A stretch of DNA of 64,000 bases from Lytechinus pictus (lineage: Eukaryota): the NCBI RefSeq assembly GCF_037042905.1, contig NC_087252.1:3908001-3972000 (forward strand). The letters run 5' to 3'. Each line of letters starts with the position of its first letter. Position 1 is the first letter of the stretch. Made by a program: the position numbers and the translations under genes. Below the pieces are notes generated by a model that was not told the DNA's origin, made no database searches, and saw nothing but the letters and a program-made list of their open reading frames with translations. This document shows, in pieces, positions 12,126 to 23,100 of the stretch.

Positions 12126-12613
12126 GGATTAAGTTCTAGTTCTATCAAATTTCCCTTGAACGCGATCCTTTCCTTTATATTTAGTTTTGGATCAAATATT
12201 CTTGGTTACCATGATTATAGTTTGTTATGCCATGAGAATAATTCTAGACAAAATTGTTTTTTCATGTTCACCAAGAATACGAAGCGGCAACATGCTGATA
12301 AAGTGAGAAGTGTGAATAGCTCTATGACTGAACAATTAAAGGATGTATTATAGTTCAGTGGTGTGAATCACTGATATGTCTGTTCATGCTAAGAACACAA
12401 GAGGGCGCAAACACAGGATTTTTTTTCCCATTGTGGTGGAGCTTAATTTTGTTGATCCCCTCCCCCTCCCTGCCACATCCCTCTAGAAAAAAAAAGATAA
12501 GATGACCAGGAGAATTACGTGCTAAATAAAAACAATTGACTTCGAGCTCAATTATAACTTAAGATCATCAGCCTGTACGTTATTGTGGGGCGGGAATGAT
12601 AGGATGGTTTTAA

Positions 12614-13094
12614 AGGGGAAGTTCACCCTGACAAAAAGTTAAATGTCAAATAGCAGAATAAATAAATAAAACAAATATTGTTGAAAGCTTTGGGAAAATC
12701 CATCAAAGATTGACAAAGTTATTAACATTTTTCTTAAAGTTTGTGACGTCATATACGAGCACGTTTCCATGTATCTTGAATTTATAAAAATGAGATGTAA
12801 TTTTCTCCCCCCAAAAGAAAGAAAATGGGTTTGATTGTACCTTAAATATTCAATTACAATTTATTTCACAACCGCTGCTGAAAGAGGATTTTTTTTTTCT
12901 GTTATCAATAAACCATTGATTTATCGAATTTATGCATTTCACATCACATATATATGTTGCAGCTAATCGTCAAAAACATAAAATTGTAATAACTTTCTTA
13001 ATCTTCAATGAATTTTCCTCAAACCTTCACGAATACTTTTTATTATTTTTTCTGATATTTCTATAACAAGCTCTTCGTCAAGGTGAACTAGAAC
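12614..13094. mobile_element. TTAA-flanked Kolobok-like MITE
   Basis: ttaa|aggggaagttcaccctgac ... gtcaaggtgaacta..|ttaa. Confidence 0.7.
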
Positions 13095-13165
13095 TTAATG
13101 ATGATGATATTGATAACATTGGTAATTATTACAATCATCAACATTGAAATAGAGCTAATGACAAA

Positions 13166-13190
13166 ACTACTACTACTATACTATTACTAT

Positions 13191-13273
<83 letters not shown>

Positions 13274-13275
13274 TA

Positions 13276-13336
<61 letters not shown>

Positions 13337-13354
13337 TTACTACTACTACTACTA
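13166..13354. repeat. (TAC)n microsatellite
   Basis: Read directly from the sequence. Confidence 0.95.
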
Positions 13355-14002
13355 GTAAATAAAAAATAAATAAAAAGAATATCATTCATTTATTTATTCA
13401 TATAATATACATATTCCACAAATTATTAAATTATATTTCATAATAAATCATTTCTGTCGAAAAGTATAACAACTGCATTAAATAAGCAGATTTTGATATG
13501 AACCCATTAAATGAATAAATCAATAAAGTAGAGGGGGCCTACTGAAAAACAAAGCTTGTTAGATATAGACCCCCTGCAGACATTTTATACAAGGGTAAAT
13601 GCGATTAAAACCGAGCAAAATAAAAAGCAAAATTTGATAAAATTTATACATAAATAAACTCTGTAATCTCTCTTTCAAAGAATGCAATGATGAAAAAAGA
13701 AACATGTAAAATATTAATTAAAAGATTTAAAAACATAAATAAGATACTACATAAATTTGAAGTATAATCAGAAAATATTTAATGAAACTAAATAGCAGAA
13801 GAATTGTCATTATTTCAAAAAAATAAATAAGCATGTTTTTATTTCATTTGTTGTTTTTTTCTGTAAAATATTGTTGTGCGACATGGTATGATTTTTGTGA
13901 TGTAAGAACTTGTATATTTTGATATTTTTATGGACAATAAAGTACTAGTACCTCAATTGAGGATAAATTGAAAAATCAAACACCACCAGTAATATATATT
14001 TT

Positions 14003-14497
14003 ACTACCACCACCTCCACCAACACCATCGCCCCAACCACCATCACCACCACCACTTAATCCACCACCTCTTCAACCACTACTACCTCCACCATCATAAT
14101 TTCCATAGCCTATATAGTTAACTTTACCACCTCTACCACCACCACAACTATATCTCTGCCACCATAATTTAATTAGCCTATATAGTTAACTCTACCACCA
14201 CTGTCCCCATCTCCACCTTCACCGCCACCACCACCGCCACCACTACAACCGCCACCGCCACCGTCGCCGCCACCACCACCGCCACCACCACCACCGCCAC
14301 CACCGCCACCACCACCACCACCACCACCACCAACGCCACCACCACCACCTCCACCACCACCACCTCCACTGCCACCACCACCACCGCCACCACCACCACC
14401 TCCACCACCACCACCACCGCCACCACCACCACCACCACCACCTCCACCACCACCACCACCACCTCCACCACCACCACCATCTCCACCACCACCACCA
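14003..14497. repeat. (CAC/CGC)n microsatellite field
   Basis: Read directly from the sequence. Confidence 0.95.
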
Positions 14498-14689
14498 TAA
14501 CAATACCACCACTAAAACGCCGTTATAAGACAAATATTTCTCCCATGTTTTCCCTGACCCATAAAGCGCAGAACACAATGATAAAGCCATAAAAACATTA
14601 TTCTGCCTGTTCACAGATCAGAAATTTGACCAAATCGAAGACCTTGCACTGCATGATGGGATACGAAATTGAGCTCTTCCATCCGTGCA

Positions 14690-14907
14690 GTGCGATGCCG
14701 AGATTACGAGAGGCTCGGCTCGATTGAGGTACGCCGATGGGCAAAACTTCTCACCAGTTTTGTGTACAAATTATGTGTAACGTCCAGCAACTAAACTTTC
14801 TCAGTGTATTATTGTGTGCGTGGTCATTTTGTCCGAAGTTCACATCAAAACAGACGCCTTTGTAAGGAAAATTAACATCTTTGTGATATTTAGCAAGAAG
14901 TAGAAAG
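14690..14907 (+). promoter_or_regulatory. Candidate promoter and non-coding first exon of a second gene (5' boundary uncertain)
   Basis: Apparently unique CpG-containing stretch ending in a consensus donor AAG|GTGAGT (GT at 14908). Sequence character changes downstream. Confidence 0.4.
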
Positions 14908-15910
14908 GTGAGTGTACCAGAATTATTAATTTTCTAGAGATATGAGCTATTGATGTTCAGTTTCTGCCAAAGATTTTGTAGTATTTGCGAAGAGTGTGAG
15001 AGACCGTCTGGAGTGGGTAGATGATGGTTGGTAGAAGATGATGCATAGTGCATGTACCCAAGAATTTCGTCTCGGACCCACCCGTAGAAGAACGAGTTGG
15101 ATGGACGTGGGTCTGGGCGGTGTCACCATCTTGGATATAAATCTTAAGACAATTCAGTTGAGTTGATGTTGATTTTTGTTGATGCCTGATATTGAGCTAA
15201 ATGAATTGAAACTTGAAATCAATAACATTTATAATTTGCAATATGATTTGTTAATTCAATTTTGTAGTTAAAATAATTGGATAGTACAGAACAAGCCGAG
15301 ATGTGAACCATGGAATTGAGATATTTCTACAGTAGATTTGTAGATTTTATTCAATCTGAAATGATAAAACAAAACAGCATATTTTGAGTCATCTCATCCT
15401 GAATTAAAACATGCACTTAAATATGAATATCTTGTGTAACCTGGTCTTGATGCATTTACATTTGTCCATCAAAGTATTACTAAATATTCTGACCAAGATT
15501 GACTTTCATTGTTTATAGTAAAAGCATGGATTAAGACTAATATAAACCAATTGAAAGTCTGAATGTAGCAGACAATATTATTTTCTATCAAAATCACTCC
15601 TTATATAAAAGGCATAAAAAATCAATGCCCAATTTTGGCAGGGCGCCAACAACGCATAGTTGAGTCCAACTATGCCGAAACAAATCCCTAATAGCTTTTA
15701 AAACTGGTTTTCTCTAAATTAAATGCACATGCAATTATTCATGAACCAAAACTAGTTTTGCCAGAAACTTATTTCTACCTCTTCAAAATACACTTCATGA
15801 ATTCACCAAATGTTCATGTATCAGACTCATGAACATGGTTTTGTATCCTTTTGTATAGATCTATATTTATGCACTTTCACCTCACAATGAGCAACTTGTC
15901 TTAAGCATAG

Positions 15911-18900
15911 TGTTGTAAAAATGTGAGTTGTTGATGTGGGTTAGCGATGTGATGGCACGAGATACGATATACGATGGCACGAGTGGTTAAACTTACAAGT
16001 ACAACACTGACAAGGGTTACGACTCACGAAACTCACAAATGGGTTAATTACCGACGGTACAAGACAGTGACAACAACTAATACTTACCTGACTCTTGCAC
16101 TGACGATTCCACACGGTAGATACAGATAACAGGTTTCTTCTAGACTTCTAATTAATACAGGTTGACCATGGCGCCGGGTGGGGATGCAGCTGTGTTGGTG
16201 CGTCCACACTCGTTGGCGTCTCGGGGTCTTCTCTCTCTGGTGTCTAGTCTGGATCTAATCTCTTGCACCAGCTTGTGTACGTGCTGTGCAACGCACGTAC
16301 ACGTAGCATGCGAAGGAGCATATAAAGGCTCCTCCAATCAGGACGCTCCTCGCATGCACACAGCACACACACAGACTTAACATACATGAACATAGGTCAA
16401 TACATAGACTAATACATATACAGGTACATGGCAAATTTACTACATTCCTCCCGGTTCCATCAGATTGCGACATATATTGACAAATCCATGAATTGGCTAT
16501 ATTGTGCAATCTCAATAGATATAAACAGATATGAAGAACTCTGACAGAAGAATGTAATATATGCCTAGGCTATATGATTAAAACTGATTAAATATATGAC
16601 ATCAATAAAATACCTCAAATACACAAAAAGTGTGATCTGAGGATATGAACTATTCTTAACTTGTTCATTAAAAAGATTGCTGGTCCAGCAAAATGAAACA
16701 TCTCATCACTTGAGACCAGCAAATATACACTTGGAGAAACAAGAACAAGTTAATGGTAAGTATTAATCTGGCCAGGCTGGCCCAGTCTTGTCTATGTATT
16801 GATACAAAGGTTATCTTCTCATTTAGTGCAAGTCTGAATGACTGAAAGAAGATATGTTCATCCTTCAAAGTGCACTACTTGACAAAGATTCTTAAAGTTG
16901 ACTCTTGGTCAGTGCTTTATATTAAATTGTATATTGTACTATTAAAATAATGACAATGGAATAAAGCCAATTTGGCTGGAGCTCTATTACCAATTAATAT
17001 AGGCCTGTACAATGTGACCTTTACAAATATGATATATAATTGGTCATATGTTTGAGCTCTTAAAAACATATAAAAATGTAAGGATAATTCAACCAGATCT
17101 GGTGCAAATAGATATAACAGCCTGGACCTGACATACATACATAGTATTTTCTCTTGAGAAAAAACTACTACTATTTCAACATCCTGTATGACAATATTTC
17201 CAAGGTTGTTTATAAAGCCTTTGCAAACAAGGTAAAAGATCTTTGGTTGAAATATCTATATCTTTATGAAATATAAAATATATACAAATATGATAAAAGA
17301 ATTATCTATTGCATAACCAGTGTATGCAACTATTACTTCATATGTCACCTGAAGAGGTAAAAACTATTGAAAAATAAGAAGTGTGCCCTTACCTTCAGTG
17401 ACTATAAAATTAATTATAATGCCTAACAGAAATTTCAATTGCAGGACTTTCAGCAACTGATCAAGGAGATATTACTCCATTCTTGGGGTGGTGGCCAGGG
17501 AGGAAGGAGCCAAGGACAAGATGTAAGAAATGGGTTGTTACCTAAACTACAAACATACCTCTGGTTCCACCACAAGAAAGAACTGAGGAATTCAAGGATA
17601 GAGAACTTAGGAGGGGTAATTCCCAAAAGTAATTGCACAAGATAACTTTGCCCATACTTGGCATCCTCAGTAGAGGCTCGACTGTCCTCTGACACAGTTA
17701 CAAAACTTACATTATCTACATCTAAGGTATTAACTGTAACATCACTTACACATGAAGTATCTACAGTTACATCATCTATACATGTGGTATTTACAGTTAC
17801 AGCATCTACACTAATGACATTATCAGAAACACAAGTATCTACATCTATTGTTAAACGTTCTGGACAGTTCCTCTTGAAGTGTCCAGATTTGTTACATGCA
17901 AAACAAACATCACGACAAGACAACTTGGATTCAGTGTCTTCTGTCGAAGGAGAATCTGTATGCCTATTCAGCTCTGGGACAGCAGTTACCGATCCCTGGA
18001 CTGAGGACTGGAAGGACTTCATCTGTGCCCCTGGAGCAGATTGAATATCAACCTTCTTCTCCAGATTGGGCACTCGGTCCTCCAGACTGTTCTGACCGGA
18101 GGACTGCTGAGCATTAGAGGCATGCCCGGAAACACCCATACGGTTAACTCTGGGATCCTCCTCGACAGTATCGTAAGACCTTTGTCTTGCATACGTTAGC
18201 CGATGCTGAAACCACCGAACTAAGTAAATGGCATCATCGAGATTCCGAGGACGTGATTTGATAGCGTATTTTCCCGCTTCATGGTCTAATAAACCCTGAC
18301 AAAACTTTTGCACTATTTGCCTCTCAAAAATCTCCTCAGGCAATCCGTCAAAGACGCGTGAAGCGTAGGATAGGACACGGTCGGCCCATTCCCCCTTTGT
18401 TTCGGTTGTTGCCTGCTGCGCAAAATCAAATTGCAATTGTGCGACAGGAAATTCTTTGGAAGCAAATCTTTGCTCAAGCTTCTTGATAACATCTGTATAG
18501 GGAATGTTTAGCTTGGAAGAAACAATAATTGATGCAAAATATTTGATTGCGCTTCCCTCAAGACAAAAGCAAAGTTCATTGAGGTGTTGGGCTTGACCCC
18601 AACCTCGATCTTCCGAATAAAGCTGGAAATTACGTATAAAAGTGTGCCAACATCCTCTACCATCGAAGGTCACGTACTTGGGCAACGAGGACACTCGCGG
18701 ACCAGTACACCCACGAGAATAAGATCTCAGGGCATCGCAACCTCGATCTAAGGACGGAAGCCTTGAATCTAGAGTAGATGAATGCCGAGATGATTTCAGT
18801 TCTTCTGACAATGATTTCATTTGAACAGCCATACAGTGCATCATCATTGCTATGTAAGCATCATCTTTGGAATGATCATTAGAAGTATGACAGGAAGATT

Positions 18901-19228
18901 GTGGATAAGAATCATGTTTATTTGTACTCTGAACCCTGCTGTTTGATCTGGGTTCACATTGAGTATAAGATGAATGTAAATGTTTGGAATCCTCACTAGT
19001 ATAGGGAGTACCAGGAGCATATCTAGAGTGATCAGTATATTGTGAATGATATCAGCTTGTGTACGTGCTGTGCAACGCACGTACACGTAGCATGCGAAGG
19101 AGCATATAAAGGCTCCTCCAATCAGGACGCTCCTCGCATGCACACAGCACACACACAGACTTAACATACATGAACATAGGTCAATACATAGACTAATACA
19201 TATACAGGTACATGGCAAATTTACTACA
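15911..19228 (-). mobile_element. Nested non-autonomous gag-only Ty3/Gypsy-type LTR element
   Basis: TGTTGTAAA...TTTACTACA termini, 4-bp TSD ATAG (15907-15910 and 19229-19232), intact 534-bp LTR 15911-16444, PPT-like tract 16445-16452, partial LTR 19053-19228 matching 16269-16444. Confidence 0.92.
17450..18847 (-). CDS. Retrotransposon Gag-like protein (465 aa) with CCHC knuckle and atypical C-terminal extension
   Basis: PKYVTFDG..W..F...F......GW capsid-like pattern, KLEQRF, and CFACNKSGHFKRNC. No protease, RT or integrase motif recognised downstream. Confidence 0.88.
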   Translation of the reverse strand: MMMHCMAVQMKSLSEELKSSRHSSTLDSRLPSLDRGCDALRSYSRGCTGPRVSSLPKYVTFDGRGCWHTFIRNFQLYSEDRGWGQAQHLNELCFCLEGSAIKYFASIIVSSKLNIPYTDVIKKLEQRFASKEFPVAQLQFDFAQQATTETKGEWADRVLSYASRVFDGLPEEIFERQIVQKFCQGLLDHEAGKYAIKSRPRNLDDAIYLVRWFQHRLTYARQRSYDTVEEDPRVNRMGVSGHASNAQQSSGQNSLEDRVPNLEKKVDIQSAPGAQMKSFQSSVQGSVTAVPELNRHTDSPSTEDTESKLSCRDVCFACNKSGHFKRNCPERLTIDVDTCVSDNVISVDAVTVNTTCIDDVTVDTSCVSDVTVNTLDVDNVSFVTVSEDSRASTEDAKYGQSYLVQLLLGITPPKFSILEFLSSFLWWNQRYVCSLGNNPFLTSCPWLLPPWPPPQEWSNISLISC

Positions 19229-20127
19229 ATAGATATGCTTTAAAATACAATATAATCTTTGTAATATGAAAATAACTCAGATATTTTGTCTCTTCATTCT
19301 CACTAAAAAAGAAGTCTTGTATTTTCATGCTTTTGCTTAGATTATGAATCCAAACCGAACTAAACTTCTTGGAAATGTTTATATTCACATTTTCCAACAT
19401 AACCAGTTGCTTCCAAAAAACTAAACAAAGCTTTCAACTGAAGCTTTTCATTAATTAAATATTCATATTTTAGACATCTTGAAACTTTTACTTTATAACA
19501 CAAATTTCAGTCATGTGCATTTCAGAAAATTGTGATCAGATTTCACATGAGCCTTTTGAGCCAAAAACTGTCTTCTAACTTCAACCTCTTTTCACGTGTA
19601 CATTTATAATGAATTTTTACGTCTGTTTTTCGTCAATAACTCTCTTTGACTTTCTTAACATAATTATATAATCAACACATTATCTCCCCTATTATCTGAT
19701 TAATCTACGAAACTTACTTCTATGACGGGACACAAATAAACATTGCTGAAATTTGGACATAAAAGGTGACGAAATGCAGCACCTCCGTAAACTCATGAAC
19801 GTGAAAAATCTGATGCTGAAGATAGCGCACTGCTGTAAATTGACGTGTTGACAAATTTGATATGGTATCTTAGAGATAGATCATTAAAGCAAACGTTATA
19901 ATAATCATATGGCATTTTAATCCAAAATAAATCCATTTTTTCCAAAGTTTAATCTTCTCTTCAAATTTGCCTTTCTGAAAGATTAAATTTTCTCATATAT
20001 TCGGCTTCTTACCAAAACATCCTCCCCACCCAATGAGGGGGTTGTCCTCATTACAAATTGAAACAAAAAAAAAACAGCAAAATTCGCGCTACAGATAAAT
20101 TGTATCAAAACTTACAATCCTTATGTA

Positions 20128-23100
20128 CTAATCTTCGTATCCCTCAACAGGGTAGATTACTGCTAACTTGGTTACTGGACGACGATATTCAGAGTTCATA
20201 GTCTTTACTTTCACATTCCGCACTTTACCGTCGTCACCTGGGTAAACTTCAATCACGCGAGCGATTGTCCACTTGCTGCGTACAGAGTTCATGTCGGCAA
20301 GCATTACTACATCCCCAACGCAGACATTGCGTCGATGAACATTCCACTTCCTTCTTGGAGCTAACAGTGGCAAGACATCCCTTGTCCACCGTTGCCAGAA
20401 AGAATATACAATGCGCTGAACCAGTTCCACTCTGTGTCTTGGATTTCGCGTCTTCAAGAATGGGCCTTGCGCTACGCTCCCCGAAGCTCGTCCTAGAAGC
20501 ATGTCGTTCGGTGAGATATAGCTGCCATCGTCTGGATCAGTTGGAAGTCGGCCGATAGGTCTTTGGTTGACAAGATTCGATACCTCCACTAAGCATGTAT
20601 ACAGTTCAAAAGGCGACAACACTTGATCACCTATCGCCCTTTTCAATGCATGCTTGCAGCTCTTGACCAAAGATTCGGCGCACCCGTTTTGATGTGGTGC
20701 CCCAGGAGTTACAAACTTCCATGTAGTGCCTCTCTCTGCACAAAAGTCCTTCAGCTCGTTGTCAGACATTCCGTCCGTCATCTTCCTTAGTTCTCGTTCT
20801 GCACCTATGAACTGGGTACCATTGTCGCTCATGATCATCGTTGGTTGTCCTCTGATAGAGAAGAAACGTCTTAGCACCTGAATGAATTCCATCGTACTAC
20901 AATCCACTGCCAGTTCCAGATGAACAGCACGTGTGTTCAAGCAGGTGAATATCACCCCATAATATTTTGATGTCTTGTTACGTCCCACTTTCACCGTTAG
21001 CGGCCCGAAATAATCACATGAAGTGAAGTGGAATGGTGGTGTACTTGGGGCCAATCTCTCTTTTGGTAGGTCTGACATCTGTTGGGTCTCTGTCTTGTGC
21101 TGAAACACTCTGCACTTGGTACATCTATACTTAACTGTCTTGGCAAGTTTGTGACCATGAAGAATCCAGTATTTCAGTCTTATCTTTGCCATGGTTGCAG
21201 CTACTCCACTGTGACTCGTCTCATGTACATGACGAGTAATCAGTCTTGAAACATGATGTCCATATGGTAGCAGGGCAGGATGCTTCTGCTCAAATGACGT
21301 AATCGCTTTATCTATCCTGCCTCCAACCCGTATGATACCGTAGTCATCAATGAATGGACTCAAAGACTTCAGCTCTCCTTTCTTGATCCGAGACTCCATG
21401 CCATTTTGTACATCTCTGATGATGTACTTTTCTCCGTCATCTAGTTCTGTGGGCGTAATCTCTATACTGGTCTCTTTTTCCTGATTCTGCCGTCTGGCCT
21501 TGAGTTTCTTTACAAACTTTATCACCAATGCTGCTACTCTGACCAGTTTCCTCCAGTTAGAGAACCTCTCGTAATCAATCAGATGATGACTCTGAGACAC
21601 ATTTAGAACTGTCTTCTCGTTACGCCTCTCCTTCTCAACATCAGGAAGGTCCTCACGAACCTTGACTTCGTCGGGCCAATCAGATGCTGACTTTTGAAGA
21701 AAGTCTGGACCCCGTTGCCATGACCCCACCAGCTCACTTGCCTTCAGTCCTCTTGATAACACATCTGCTATGTTGCTTTCTCCAGAGATGTGTCTCCATT
21801 TGCTGGGGTCTGTACTGGTCTGGATTTCTCCCACTCTTGTTGCAACAAACGTCTTGAAGGTTTTTGCCCTACCTCTAATCCACGAGAGGGCGATCGTACT
21901 GTCTGTCATTAAAATGACATCCTCAATTTCAATCCTCAGCTCCTCCAATATCGTCTTATATAACCTACTCGCAAGAACTGCAGCCTGAAGCTCAAGGCGT
22001 GGAACTGTTAGTGGCTTGAGTGGTGCCACTCGTGATTTTGCTGCCACAAATCTAGTCATGTAGCCTCCACCATCCATTTCCCACCTCAGGTATGCACACG
22101 CTCCAAAGGCATGCATCGAAGCATCACTGAAGATACAGAGCAGCGGCTTACCCACTGCCTCTTTCGGAGTCAGACATCTTTCAAATGTTACCTCCTTGAG
22201 CTCTTCCATTTCTTGAAAGAATCTTTTCCATTCCATTTGACATTCATCTGGAAGAACTGCATCCCAGTCATAGCCATTTTCCCATAGTTGCTGTAGTCCA
22301 ATTTTTGCCCGGATGACAAACGGTGCTGTATAGCCAATCGGATCGAAGATTCGGGCAACCTGACTGAGGATGATTCTCTTGGTTAGTCTCTTATCTATGA
22401 ACTTGTCAACTTTAACTCTGTAAGAGAACTCATCCTTCTCTCTATCCCAGAAGACTCCTAGCACCTTCTCCTCTGCTAGACTTTCCATCATAGTTTTCTC
22501 CATTTCGTTTGCCTCTGGACCTTTTAGCTGTATGTTGGAAGTCCAGCCTTTCACCTTAAACCCACCATCAGCAAGAATCATGTCAATGTCCTTGGTTAAG
22601 GTTTTAGCTTGCTCTATCGAATCTGTAGATGTGCAGATGTCATCCATGTATGTATCTCTTTTCAATACATCTGCAGCCTCTGGAGACTGAGCACGGCCTT
22701 CTTCTGCAGTGAGTCTCAGTGCTGTCTGCGCCATTGCTGGAGCCGGCTTATCTCCAAACGTCACGACTTGCATCACATACGTATCAGGCTTTCTGTTCAC
22801 TTGCAAATCTCTCCACAAAAACCTGTGTACGTGCTGATCAGACTCGGGTATCAGCACCCTGTGGTACATTTTTGAGATATCTGCACAAACTGCTACTGAC
22901 CTCTCCCGGAAACGTAGGATGACTCCAAACAAGTTATTTAAGAGGTCAGGGCCTTTCATCCAGAAGTCGTTGAGACACTTGCCAGCATACACTGAAGAGG
23001 AATTGAAGACAATTCTTATCGGTGTGCTCTTCTTTTCCGGTCGCAACACTGCATGATGAGGAATATAATGCACAGGGCCTTCATACGACTCCATTTCCTC

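Larger units (their letters stand above)
15278..20019 (-). repeat. BEL 3' LTR split by the nested insertion
   Basis: 4742 bp minus the 3318-bp insert minus the 4-bp TSD equals 1420 bp, identical in length to the other LTR. Confidence 0.95.

Noticed and set aside
13098..14614. Poly-Tyr, poly-Ser, poly-Val and poly-Trp ORFs
   Set aside because: Trinucleotide microsatellites.
18850..19218. 122-aa hydrophobic ORF, considered as env-like
   Set aside because: It spans the LTR/gag deletion junction in an alternative frame, so it is a chimeric by-product.
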